64,000 nt of DNA from the NCBI GenBank assembly GCA_038869735.1, contig JAWCQO010000005.1, positions 7,538 to 71,537 on the forward strand. Direction: 5' to 3'. The notes under the pieces are model-generated. The model saw nothing but the letters and a program-made list of their open reading frames with translations, did not search any database and was not told where the DNA came from. Below are positions 16,686 to 26,614 of the stretch, in pieces (position 1 is the stretch's first letter; each line of letters opens with the position of its first letter). This DNA is from Candidatus Anstonellales archaeon (GTDB lineage: Archaea > Micrarchaeota > Micrarchaeia > Anstonellales > CG1-02-47-40). Made by a program: the position numbers and the translations under genes.

Positions 16686-19600
16686 CTAAGTTTCCTCCTC
16701 GCATTTTAGCTGTTGATTTGACACAACGTTTGCAAAGACGCATGACTTGGAGATGTCAAGTCCGGGTTTACATGCTGGAACGTCTCTTCCTCTGTTTCCA
16801 TATATGATTGGGGTTACGTCTCTCCCTGCTACTTCCATTTTTGCATAGGTATGGTATACCTTTTCGTCAGGCTGAATCTGCCCGTCGAGATTGCTGTCCT
16901 CTTCGCTTGCTATGCAACACCTCATGGATGGAGGAAGTGACGCAAGATACTCAATGTACAGGAAGGATTCGTCTTGTTCTGTTTCTGGGTTGTTATAAGA
17001 CATATTCTGAATGGAGGGTGGTTCTTTTACCGTGCCGTCAGTATAAGTACACTTAACAAAATCTTGAGATTCGTCCCCATCGTAAGACGGATTTGTACAG
17101 AGTCTCTCGCTGCATACCTCTCTTCTTGCGCATAGAAGTGGGCATTTATAGCCGTAAGGCCAGTCATCTCCTGCTGGAATATCACACATAGAGCCATCTG
17201 CACAAATATTTGAAACGCCGGCTGTCTGCTCTGACTTTGTTCTTCTTTCACATGTGCACTTCTGGCTATCTGCAACCAATCTAACATAAGTCGTTTTTGT
17301 TGATAAGTCAACGGTGAGCCTTGAGGCGTTTTGAATCACGCAAAATGGCTGCTCCTCTGGAGAGAGAGTCTCATTAAAACCATAAGGTTGGAGTTCATTT
17401 CTTGGCTCATGGATTCCTATAATTCCACTGGAGGATAAGTTTGACGAGAGTTTTATTAGCTCCTGAATCAGTCGCGCCCTGTCTATATCTTGCCAGCTGT
17501 CACACTGAGGAGCCTCTGTTGCCCTTTCTCCAAAGTATATGAGGGATGGTAAGTTGAAATCCATAAGAAGCTTTCTTGAAGCGTTTGTCAAGTTTGTTGC
17601 CATCAGGAGCGCTTGCTCTTCCGGGGACAGCGCGCAGAACGACGGATTTCCTCCTGAATAATAAGCCATTTCGGGAATATAGGGCATTATGATTATCAGG
17701 TCAAGCTCTTTTAAAAATTCAGTGTCTATCGTACCTGGCGAGGGCGTGTGCACTACTCTTTTGTAAGTTATCCCGTTAATTGTTTGTACGTTTCCGTCTG
17801 CCTGCTCATTTAGGAGCAAGGCATAAGAAATTGCATTAACGTCTTGCATTGGAATAGCCTCGCCATCTAAAGTCGGTGAAACGCCTCTAAGGGCAGGAAT
17901 TATGACTGCAGTTAGGGCGTGAGGAAACTTGCGTTTGTAGTATATGACTTTGTTTTTTATGTCTTCTATCTTAGAGGTGTTTCGCAGAAGGTACTGTTGT
18001 CCGTTGTTGTTTAGAATTGTAACCTCTGAGAGGTTAATAGTGTGAAGAGCAAGTATTGTTGTTCCTTGGTCCTTTAGGTATTTTGCAAGATTTGCTGGAA
18101 GAAATGTGTCGAATTTGTTTTGTGGTGAGAGTCTACAGGAGTAATAGGAGTAACATTCTGAAGGATTGTGTTGCTCGCACCACCCGTTTGATGCACAGGC
18201 ACTACCGGTCCATTCACATGATGGAGAATCTTCGCATCGAAGCATGGTTTTGTCTTCGCAGTCGCCTATACAGGAAAAAGAAGTTACATTTGCTAAATAC
18301 GGAAGCGTGTTTGGAACAACAAGAATTGGAAGAGTGGAGGCTTTTTGATATTTTTGTATTTTTACATGGAGGTAGTTTGGGTCTGGCAAAAACGAGGGAC
18401 CTTGGGCAGTCATTGTTGGATGGGGTGATTGGTTGGGTTGTTCGTCTTGGACATACACTGTCACACCCTTTGCGTCTGTGTCGTTGTATGACTTAAAGGG
18501 AGAGGGAGGCGCACAGTCATAACAATATCCATTGGAAGCTGTGCATTCCCCATAGCTCTCGCTTTGAGTAAGGCAAACTGGAGTGTTTTGCTCGGTAGGC
18601 GAAATTTGTTGCACTGCACTGGTAGAAAGTGAGCAGGGCTCGCACCCTCCCCAAGAGTAGATGAGAAGTTGGCCTTCGCGCTCTGGGTCGGAAAGACAGT
18701 CTCCAAAAAGGATTTTTCCAGCATCTTGGCCTTCTCCTTGGTGTGGAGTGATAAGCACAAGGGTTTGGGTTCTTGTTGGTTCCCAGAAAAGTTCATGGGG
18801 CCACCAATCTAAACTGCCTCCCTCATGATCAAAGAATTTAAGCTCGAAAATAGTGAATGTGCCGTATCTTATGTGAAAATCAGTTCCAAGCCTCATGTTG
18901 CAGGCGCTAAGAAGTGGTATTCTTTGTTTTATTTCTTGTTCTGTGTAGTGGGAGTTGTACAGGACAGTATAGGCACGAGAAGTTTCATTAGAAGTCGTTG
19001 TTTTGGACATGTCTATCTCTAGCGGGCCTTCGAGTCTGTTGTTCTCGTACCAGTATCTGCAATTATAATGGTTATCGCCTATCTGACCAACTCCTTGTTG
19101 ATTTTCACCACTGCCTACTGAAATTGAGTGACAGATATACAGCGTATCAGACCACCTATCATTAGGGAATAGAGTTCTTTCATCTGGAATTGGTGGAATT
19201 GCTCTTTCAGGCTGTCCTTCGTATGGGCAGAAGTCTTGATTTCCAAGGCCTTGATAACCTCGGGAGTCTCCGTCTCTAGAAAATGAATAAGTATTGCCGT
19301 CAATTGTAGCAGTACAGCGAAAGGTTTGGGAACTGCCGCTGTTAGAAAAGTTGCCTCCTGTGCAAACATAACATGCTGAACCGACCGATGTATCTCGCGG
19401 ATGAATAGTAGCTCTCATAGGAAGTTTTTCGTTAGCAGAAAGAGCGTTTACCTTGCACTTTGTCTTTCCAAAGCTATCGATGTAGCAGCCGCAGTCAACG
19501 GGCGTTCCGTCTTTAAGAATGCATTTGTTGGTTGGGAGTATATTCTTGTTGCAGATGCCAGAGTAGCACTCCCCGTTTGATTGGCAAAGCGCACTTGCGC

Positions 19601-20981
19601 CCGGAATTATGTTTAGGATTTTTGAGTTGCGATTATCACACAGTTCTGGCCCTACCTGCTCTTCGTTGTCAAGCCTGTTGTTGGAATTTTCATCCAAGTA
19701 GCAAACGCAGCCTGGTTCTGGGCAGTAGCCGTTTGCTATTTCAAATTCGTATTGTTCTTTTATTTTGGAGATATAATAATCGGTGTCTATTTTTTTTGTA
19801 GTCTCTGTTGCGTAAAGCGTGCCATTGGGCCTTGAAATATTTAATTTTTCTTCTGTTGTTACATATTGACTTCTTGCTAAGAATGGTAGATATACTCTCT
19901 CATCAGCCTGTCCTGTTGGGAGAGAGCATGAACGCTGTGGGTAGCAATTATCCATGCACGCTCCTTTGCTTGAGTACTGCTTTCCTGTGCTGGCACAAGT
20001 CCACTTTATTCTCTTTACTATGGATATGTTAAACTCCTTTGTCCAGTGGCACTCGCCGCCGTCGCCGTATTTATAGTCCTCGCATGGTGTTCCCCTTAGA
20101 AGCTCATCTATGTTTGAATAACAGTTTGCTGTTATAAGTACACCCGAAGGAGAATTTACGGGGTGGGCTTCGCCCCATTTAGTTGTATACCCGATAAGGT
20201 AGCCTTTGAGTGGCCCTGATGCAAACTGCCGCTCAACGTAATTTAGATATCTGTCTTTTTGGTATTTGTTATAATCACTAAAGCCGCAGAAGACATCTGA
20301 GATGGGAGTATAAAGGCGCGCCTCTTCGAATGTTGAGAAATTGTTTGCGACTCCAAAGCGGAATGTGTTTATGAACGCTGTCGGAGACGACTTAAATTCC
20401 CTATTTGTCTCTTTGTTGAGTGGCTTGAAAGAACAGAAAGTTCCAAACAGCCCCTCCGGAACATCTGTAAAATCAAAAGAAGAAGTAGAGAAGGCGGTTG
20501 GGTTTAGGTCTTGTGGTTGGGGTAGTGCTCGGTCTCGTGCATTAAGGTAGTCAGACAAACTCATAGATATGCGTGGGTTATAGGAGGTCCTGCCGCAAAT
20601 CATTGCCGCGCAGTCTGGCGCTATACAGGGGTCAGATGGAATTTGGCCGCAAACGGGGATTTTGCTGTCTACACCATTGACACAGCCTGGTGGACACCAT
20701 TGAGGATTTCCATTTGCATCTGCTGGACAGATAGAAGGGTCGCAGTAATATGTGCAGTTTAGCCTTTCATTTTCGGGACCTAAATCTGATATGCTTGGGC
20801 ATTCAAGCCTCTGGCTTCCATTGAGGCTTAGAACATCTCTACATTGAAAGCTTGAGGTGTAGTTACCTGAAGCGCAACAAGAAGTGTATGCGGTTTGAGC
20901 AACGCATCCGACAAGAAAAAGGAGAGGGGATATCACTAAAATGAACGAGCCGATTGATGCCGAAACTGAAATCTTTTTCAT
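16686..20981 (-). CDS. Giant (1431 aa) secreted cysteine-rich protein. It is the last gene of the seven-gene surface operon. It has an N-terminal signal peptide and no C-terminal anchor.
   Basis: Start MKKISVSASIGSFILVISPLLFLVGCVAQ. Cys-rich throughout with many N-x-S/T sites. Only 4 nt separate it from the upstream gene. Confidence 0.75.
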   Translation of the reverse strand: MKKISVSASIGSFILVISPLLFLVGCVAQTAYTSCCASGNYTSSFQCRDVLSLNGSQRLECPSISDLGPENERLNCTYYCDPSICPADANGNPQWCPPGCVNGVDSKIPVCGQIPSDPCIAPDCAAMICGRTSYNPRISMSLSDYLNARDRALPQPQDLNPTAFSTSSFDFTDVPEGLFGTFCSFKPLNKETNREFKSSPTAFINTFRFGVANNFSTFEEARLYTPISDVFCGFSDYNKYQKDRYLNYVERQFASGPLKGYLIGYTTKWGEAHPVNSPSGVLITANCYSNIDELLRGTPCEDYKYGDGGECHWTKEFNISIVKRIKWTCASTGKQYSSKGACMDNCYPQRSCSLPTGQADERVYLPFLARSQYVTTEEKLNISRPNGTLYATETTKKIDTDYYISKIKEQYEFEIANGYCPEPGCVCYLDENSNNRLDNEEQVGPELCDNRNSKILNIIPGASALCQSNGECYSGICNKNILPTNKCILKDGTPVDCGCYIDSFGKTKCKVNALSANEKLPMRATIHPRDTSVGSACYVCTGGNFSNSGSSQTFRCTATIDGNTYSFSRDGDSRGYQGLGNQDFCPYEGQPERAIPPIPDERTLFPNDRWSDTLYICHSISVGSGENQQGVGQIGDNHYNCRYWYENNRLEGPLEIDMSKTTTSNETSRAYTVLYNSHYTEQEIKQRIPLLSACNMRLGTDFHIRYGTFTIFELKFFDHEGGSLDWWPHELFWEPTRTQTLVLITPHQGEGQDAGKILFGDCLSDPEREGQLLIYSWGGCEPCSLSTSAVQQISPTEQNTPVCLTQSESYGECTASNGYCYDCAPPSPFKSYNDTDAKGVTVYVQDEQPNQSPHPTMTAQGPSFLPDPNYLHVKIQKYQKASTLPILVVPNTLPYLANVTSFSCIGDCEDKTMLRCEDSPSCEWTGSACASNGWCEQHNPSECYSYYSCRLSPQNKFDTFLPANLAKYLKDQGTTILALHTINLSEVTILNNNGQQYLLRNTSKIEDIKNKVIYYKRKFPHALTAVIIPALRGVSPTLDGEAIPMQDVNAISYALLLNEQADGNVQTINGITYKRVVHTPSPGTIDTEFLKELDLIIIMPYIPEMAYYSGGNPSFCALSPEEQALLMATNLTNASRKLLMDFNLPSLIYFGERATEAPQCDSWQDIDRARLIQELIKLSSNLSSSGIIGIHEPRNELQPYGFNETLSPEEQPFCVIQNASRLTVDLSTKTTYVRLVADSQKCTCERRTKSEQTAGVSNICADGSMCDIPAGDDWPYGYKCPLLCARREVCSERLCTNPSYDGDESQDFVKCTYTDGTVKEPPSIQNMSYNNPETEQDESFLYIEYLASLPPSMRCCIASEEDSNLDGQIQPDEKVYHTYAKMEVAGRDVTPIIYGNRGRDVPACKPGLDISKSCVFANVVSNQQLKCEEET

Positions 20982-20985
20982 GTAC

Positions 20986-22026
20986 TCATATCACCTTTGA
21001 TATAGCTGAAGTAAGTTCTCCTAATTCCCCTCCAAGGAGTGGTGTTATTATGCGCACAAAAATAAGAGTTAGAGCAAAAGCAATAAATGGATAGTACATT
21101 ATACCGATGGTAAGGGTTGCAAGCTCTGATGAGAAGAGTTCAAATGTACTTCTGCTTATGTCAACGTTCTGGGTTATTGTTGAAAGTGTAACTGATGCGC
21201 CAGAAAAACCGGCATAGCATGCATTGAACACCTCTGTTTTTGGAGTGACGTCTATATCGCCGGATCCGTGAGCATATGCTGGATCCATAACGACATAGAA
21301 TGCAGGGAGTATAAAATAAAAGCCCATCGCAACGGCTATAAGAAGGCCTCCGGCCCCTCTTGTAAATTGAAATATTCGAAGGAGGATGCCAAGAGGAAGA
21401 AAAACTGACAGCATATTCTTCTCTATATAATCGAGGAAGATGTATTGCGCGTGTAGATGGATAAGGAGTGGAGTTATTTTTGAGCCAAGAAGATGGGCGC
21501 GCTCAACATCTCCACGCAAGAACCAGTCACCGCAGTAAACCTGAATGCCTACAAAGCTCAAACAAAATGCAGCTTGCTTTTCGGTTTCTTTGTTTTGTTC
21601 AAAAATTCTCTGATACATTTTGTCAAGAAAGTTTATTTTTTCCTGTATTCTGCACTTTGCAAAGGATATTGGGTTTCCGATTATAAGTCCGTTTTGGTCG
21701 ATTGAAAATGTTATCGGCTGTCCTCCACACTCTATTGCGGTATCTTGGCCTATTATTATTGCAATGGTGATAAATGCGGCTAGGTTGACAAGATTTATAA
21801 GCATGACTATGAGGATTGATGATGCAGATGCCTGAAGCATCTCTGAAATGGCCCAGCGCTTTATATTTTCAAGAGATAATGACCTTCCAATGACGTATAC
21901 TATTGTAAAGAAGAAAATGCATAGTGCTACTGCTGAAAGCGCAACGGCATTCCACCCAAGGCCTTCCCAGACGGAGATGAGGCCTGTGGTTGAGCCATAA
22001 GATTGGAGGATGTATGCGGGCTCCAT
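20986..22026 (-). CDS. Paralog P6 (346 aa) of the new 5-TM membrane family; minimal form with about 105-aa extracellular loop
   Basis: Core motif LPLGILLRIFQFTRGAGGLLIAVAMGFYFILP; C-terminal tail LLGGELGELTSAISKVI. Confidence 0.7.
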   Translation of the reverse strand: MEPAYILQSYGSTTGLISVWEGLGWNAVALSAVALCIFFFTIVYVIGRSLSLENIKRWAISEMLQASASSILIVMLINLVNLAAFITIAIIIGQDTAIECGGQPITFSIDQNGLIIGNPISFAKCRIQEKINFLDKMYQRIFEQNKETEKQAAFCLSFVGIQVYCGDWFLRGDVERAHLLGSKITPLLIHLHAQYIFLDYIEKNMLSVFLPLGILLRIFQFTRGAGGLLIAVAMGFYFILPAFYVVMDPAYAHGSGDIDVTPKTEVFNACYAGFSGASVTLSTITQNVDISRSTFELFSSELATLTIGIMYYPFIAFALTLIFVRIITPLLGGELGELTSAISKVI

Positions 22027-23037
22027 TCATATCAACCTCGATAATCTTCCTGCATCAACCTCTTGTCCTAACAATCCTGAAACCTGCGATATAGCCGCAA
22101 CAACAACAATAAGATTGATGGAAGTTATAAAGACTGAACCAAAGAATATTAGAGTTGCATTTTTTATAAGGAAGATAACGTCTGTACCTTCTTGGATTGT
22201 AGAGGAGTAAATCGCTGGAAAGAAAAGGCCCTCCAACATCAAGAGGAACGGAAAGAAGATGTAAAGCGCGACTCCAAGGCCTATCAGGGAACCTCCAAAC
22301 ATGCGCATAAATGGTATGCTGCGAAGTATGATACCCCAAACAAGGCAGAAGATGAGAAAGGAGTTAGTATAATCGGTGCCTACAAGAAGAATGTTATAGA
22401 CGCCTATCTGCGCAAGGATGGTAGCAAGGGATATTAGAGACGAGTTCATAAACAAAGTGAGAACTGCGTTGTGTGCCTGCACTCCGGATTCTGGATTTAA
22501 AGAAACTCCAGAACCCCCAAGGATGCAGAGGGTTTTGCAGTTCCATAGTGTGAGAGTCAATTTCCTTTCATTTAGGCCTATAATTTCGCGTAGATTATAA
22601 AACGTAGAATAGGAGATTGTTTGCATATAGACTAAAAACTTTTTTGCTGCAGTGTAGACGTTGTCTGACTCCTGAAAATCTACATTGGCTTGAGATTCAA
22701 TAGGTATCTGCGGAAGGTTGGTGAGCGTTACTGCGCTTCCTACCTCAATAGAGCAGAAGAGCGTCAAAATTTGGAGTATTAGTGCAATTATAATGGCAGT
22801 GCTGATAAGTTGCATAACTTCATCTTTTGACCAGGCCACTAGCCGAGGATAGCTGAGAAACTCTCCAGCAGCATATGTTATTGCTATCAGTCCTGCAAGT
22901 GCCGCAAATCCCGCGGTTGCGTAAGAGATTGCAGGCGAAAATAGATTTTGTGGCTGCTCACATATCGCTTGTTGGGAAAATGCAAACCCTCCGAGGGCAA
23001 GAACAAAAAATAATAGTGTGTTGTTTGTTCTTATCAT
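22027..23037 (-). CDS. Paralog P5 (about 336 aa). The likely start is at 23037 (MIRTNNTLLFF...), overlapping the P4 stop as ATGA; the longest ORF reaches 23097.
   Basis: Signal-like N-terminus; core motif ILRSIPFMRMFGGSLIGLGVALYIFFP; tail LLGQEVDAGRLSRLI. Confidence 0.7.
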   Translation of the reverse strand: MIRTNNTLLFFVLALGGFAFSQQAICEQPQNLFSPAISYATAGFAALAGLIAITYAAGEFLSYPRLVAWSKDEVMQLISTAIIIALILQILTLFCSIEVGSAVTLTNLPQIPIESQANVDFQESDNVYTAAKKFLVYMQTISYSTFYNLREIIGLNERKLTLTLWNCKTLCILGGSGVSLNPESGVQAHNAVLTLFMNSSLISLATILAQIGVYNILLVGTDYTNSFLIFCLVWGIILRSIPFMRMFGGSLIGLGVALYIFFPFLLMLEGLFFPAIYSSTIQEGTDVIFLIKNATLIFFGSVFITSINLIVVVAAISQVSGLLGQEVDAGRLSRLI

Positions 23038-24317
23038 TGCGACAACCTCACAAGGGTCGATATGTCTATTTGAGAGCCAAACATTGCTGCAAGCCACTGG
23101 ATAAACAGAAGCGTTATTGTTAGGTTCAGCGCAGTCGCAAATATGGAGCGCAGATATACTTGAAAGATGAGTGGTTCAAAGTTGTAAATGCTTTTGTTAT
23201 CGCCTATTTCTGTTTGGCCGATTAATGGTTCGATGAATTTTTCGCGTGTGCTTGCGTAGGAAAAATCAAATGGGTCGCATGTTTGAGTGCGAATCGTATT
23301 TGCAAGATTAGAATTTTGGTTGCTTCTGTAAGCTTGCAAGTACTCATTAGAGTCTAAAATTTCTCCAAAAAGAATTTTTTCTGAAAAAAGGAAAGTAAGC
23401 GGCAGGACAAGGTATAGCCCAGCTGCAAATGCTATTAACGTTCCACCTACTTTTCGCGTGAAGTTGAAAGTGCGAAGGAAGATTCCTATAGGAAGCAGGA
23501 TAGAGAAAGCATAATTCTTTGCAAAGCTCATGATAAGGAAAATTGCCTGAAAATCTGTAACAGCAAGAGACAATGATGTTGTCGCATGGGTGATGGAAGG
23601 GCGCATTGCATTTATGGCGGAACATGTGATTATTGAATACCCAACACCTAATATTGAGCAATAGCCGGATTTTGAGCCTTCTTGTCCCGATTTCTTTGAA
23701 ATTTCAAGATAGTTTGAGAGTAGGTCTTCGTAATTGCTCTTTACATCTTCAAGGGTTGCAAACGCGTAGTCATAAAATGTCCCCTCTACTTCTGCCCCAC
23801 CAGCTAAAGACTTAAATGCTGGGAGGAGAGAGGCGTCTAGATAATAAGCCATGCTAGTAAGAGAAGCTAGAATCAGTGCTGTAAAGATAAGTTGGGTCAG
23901 CTCATCTTTAGTATAGGTTTTTAGTTCAGTTATATTGAAGACGGAGCTACCCATATAAAGTAGCGATATTAATGAAGCGGAGATAAGAAAAGCTATGAGT
24001 ACTAGAGGAAGCCATTGTGACTGGCAACGGCAGTTAGAGCATGAGGCAGTTAAAGGACATCCGCCTCTTAGTTCTACTGCAGAAACTTCGCACTCCTCGC
24101 CTTGGTCAAGAACTCCGTTTCCACAGATTGGAAGCTGAACGTTGACGTTTTCTGCAATACATTCGCCGTTTTGGCAGATATAACCTTCTTGACATGGAGG
24201 GGAGCAGAGTGCAGCGTTTCCTCCTTCTCCAGCGGAGAAAAGAACAGCTGAGGCTAGGATAATGAAAAAGAGCTCAAGTATCAACGCCTTTTGTTGCTTC
24301 ATTTTGCTCCACATCAC
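23034..24317 (-). CDS. Paralog P4 (427 aa). It has a signal peptide, a small Cys-rich N-terminal ectodomain with one CGNGVLDQGEEC repeat, and the 5-TM core.
   Basis: ICGNGVLDQGEECEV. Core FLRTFNFTRKVGGTLIAFAAGLYLVLP. Tail AAMFGSQIDISTLVRLSQ. Confidence 0.7.
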   Translation of the reverse strand: MMWSKMKQQKALILELFFIILASAVLFSAGEGGNAALCSPPCQEGYICQNGECIAENVNVQLPICGNGVLDQGEECEVSAVELRGGCPLTASCSNCRCQSQWLPLVLIAFLISASLISLLYMGSSVFNITELKTYTKDELTQLIFTALILASLTSMAYYLDASLLPAFKSLAGGAEVEGTFYDYAFATLEDVKSNYEDLLSNYLEISKKSGQEGSKSGYCSILGVGYSIITCSAINAMRPSITHATTSLSLAVTDFQAIFLIMSFAKNYAFSILLPIGIFLRTFNFTRKVGGTLIAFAAGLYLVLPLTFLFSEKILFGEILDSNEYLQAYRSNQNSNLANTIRTQTCDPFDFSYASTREKFIEPLIGQTEIGDNKSIYNFEPLIFQVYLRSIFATALNLTITLLFIQWLAAMFGSQIDISTLVRLSQ

Positions 24318-26614
24318 AAAAATCTTGATATTCCCGGAAGTTCTATATCTCCTCCGAATGTTTGGGAAAAAACTCTAATGAATGCTATCAAGACAACTAT
24401 ATTAAAGAGTGGAAGAACGTAAGCAGGAATTGCAAGCACACCTACATTTTTTGTGTCACTCATGGTTGTTTTTGCTCCTGTCTGGCTGGATATAAAGCCT
24501 GCAGGGGTAAAATCGCGTGAAGCGGCGGTTGGGAGATTGCAAACTTCTGCACAATTTGTCCGTATTGGGGGTATTGTGGTGCAGTCATCATCACATTTGA
24601 GGCACGAAGTGCAAAGTGATGGCGGTGAGTCTGTTGTGAAATTGCTTTTGCATTCCTTGTTGCAATATGGTTCAAGGCAACTTGCGGGACAGTTTATGTC
24701 TCCAGCGTCTGCAACTCTGCACCTTTTTGGGCATGCAGAACATGTTCCGTCGGGTTGTGGTTGTATTGAGCCGTAGTTTTGACGAGTTGGAAAGTTTGCA
24801 CAGTTTTGAGAGGGAGAGGGGATCTGAATTCCACAATAAGCTCGACAGGCAACACAGGAAGGGTTGGTCCTACAATGTAATTGGAAGTAGTTGTCAGCGT
24901 CCTCATTGTCTTGGATGTTGGCGATGCGGCATTCGCGCTGGCAGCTTCCGCAAAGGGTAAGGCAGTCAAGTAGTTTTGGGTCTGGAATCCCTATCCTGCA
25001 GTTTGGTTCGTTTTCGCTTCTTCCCATTGGGCAATGTTCTTCTGTACATTCCTCGCATGCTTTCCAGACAGATTCTCCGTTTTCCTGCACTGGAAAGTCT
25101 GATGGCTTTGGAATTCTCCAATAGCCATCGACGGGGTCGTTTGGGTCATCATCTGACTTATCATCCGGATAAAGTGGATTGAAGTAATAAACACGACAAA
25201 AGTCTGGGCATAGTGTGCACTTGCCTTGGCATTCTGGCGACATATAACTGACTGAATTTATTATTGCACATCCAGATATATAGCAGCCATCTTGAGAATC
25301 TTCTATTCTATTTGCTCTGGAGCAAGTATTTTCACCAAATAACTGTTTGATTTCCTCCGGGGGGTCGGGTTTTTCGTCATCAGAAAAACATGTTGTCCTC
25401 TCGCGATAAGGGACATATGCTTGGTTGTCTGAATTCAGCTTACTTTTTCCTCCAACCTTACACTCGTCCGGGCAAGTGGAGCAAACGGCCCGTACATCAA
25501 CGTCCTTAACTATTTGACCTGCGTGTTCAGAGTCTTCTGCTATGAGATCTGATTTGGTGCAAGAAGGATTTTGGATAGGATAGGGAATTTCTCTACATAT
25601 GGAGGGACATGAGAGGATTACGGTTTGGCCAGTTATAGTCTCACCTTCTTGATTTACAACCATTTGATTTGTCAGTTGTCTCTTGCAACTTCCAAGCTCT
25701 TCGCAAGTGTTTATTTTCGGTGGGTTGAAAGTGCATTCTCCAGGACAATAATCTGGAGGTGGGGAGACCATCTGGTCTCCAAACACTGCAACTTTTAGAG
25801 TAAACCAAGAAAAGACGTAGAGCATTGGCCAGACTAAAAGCAGGGATATTCCGATTGCAAGTAAAAGCCCTCCTAATCTGCGCGAAAAGAAAAATGTGCG
25901 GAGGATAACTCCATAAAAAATGAGCACAGATGAAAGAGATGCTGACTGCGGGTTATTTGTTGAAGCCAGATTGGATAGAAAGCTTTTTTGGGTGGCAAGC
26001 GAAGAGTATATCCCTGAGAGAACATCGAAGTTGTATGAATATCTTTCTGTGTACATGGAATAGCCGGCATTTTTTCCTGAATAATAAGCGGCCCAGAGTG
26101 TGTAGTACGTGTTGGTAGACACTCCTTCTCGCTCAGAGGATTTTTTTGCATTTTCAAACGCATCTATGAGATTTGATTTTAGCGTTGAGTTTGTAATTGA
26201 AAGAAGCGAATCTAAGTAGCACAAACCAAGCGAGATTACATACGGCTGATTCTGGATGGGTTGGCAGGCAAATTGGCCTGCTGTTATTGATAGTAGAAAC
26301 GAAGAAAGGAACGAGAAAATAGCGATAAGAGAGATTATTATCAGAGCTGAAGCAAAGACTTGTGAGAGTTCTGTATTTGCCCAGACTTTTATTTCTGGGA
26401 TGTTTAGCCCTATCCCAACAATATATGCAATAGAAACGATGGATAAGGAGATGGCCAGCGCGATTATTGATGCCGATTGCCAATTTCCATTTCCAAGAAA
26501 TTGATTATATGTAAGATCTATGGGGGATAGCTGTAGGAGTGGCTGTGGGTACGAGAAAGTAGAGAATAGCAAAAGAACGAGGAGGATCTGCGTCTTTTTT
26601 AATTTTGTATTCAT
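24314..26614 (-). CDS. Paralog P3 (766 aa). The 5-TM core carries an about 420-aa Cys-rich ectodomain inserted between TM4 and TM5 rather than at the N-terminus.
   Basis: Core VILRTFFFSRRLGGLLLAIGISLLLVWP is followed by a long Cys-rich region. Final TM and tail: FIRVFSQTFGGDIELPGISRFL. Confidence 0.7.
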   Translation of the reverse strand: MNTKLKKTQILLVLLLFSTFSYPQPLLQLSPIDLTYNQFLGNGNWQSASIIALAISLSIVSIAYIVGIGLNIPEIKVWANTELSQVFASALIIISLIAIFSFLSSFLLSITAGQFACQPIQNQPYVISLGLCYLDSLLSITNSTLKSNLIDAFENAKKSSEREGVSTNTYYTLWAAYYSGKNAGYSMYTERYSYNFDVLSGIYSSLATQKSFLSNLASTNNPQSASLSSVLIFYGVILRTFFFSRRLGGLLLAIGISLLLVWPMLYVFSWFTLKVAVFGDQMVSPPPDYCPGECTFNPPKINTCEELGSCKRQLTNQMVVNQEGETITGQTVILSCPSICREIPYPIQNPSCTKSDLIAEDSEHAGQIVKDVDVRAVCSTCPDECKVGGKSKLNSDNQAYVPYRERTTCFSDDEKPDPPEEIKQLFGENTCSRANRIEDSQDGCYISGCAIINSVSYMSPECQGKCTLCPDFCRVYYFNPLYPDDKSDDDPNDPVDGYWRIPKPSDFPVQENGESVWKACEECTEEHCPMGRSENEPNCRIGIPDPKLLDCLTLCGSCQRECRIANIQDNEDADNYFQLHCRTNPSCVACRAYCGIQIPSPSQNCANFPTRQNYGSIQPQPDGTCSACPKRCRVADAGDINCPASCLEPYCNKECKSNFTTDSPPSLCTSCLKCDDDCTTIPPIRTNCAEVCNLPTAASRDFTPAGFISSQTGAKTTMSDTKNVGVLAIPAYVLPLFNIVVLIAFIRVFSQTFGGDIELPGISRFL

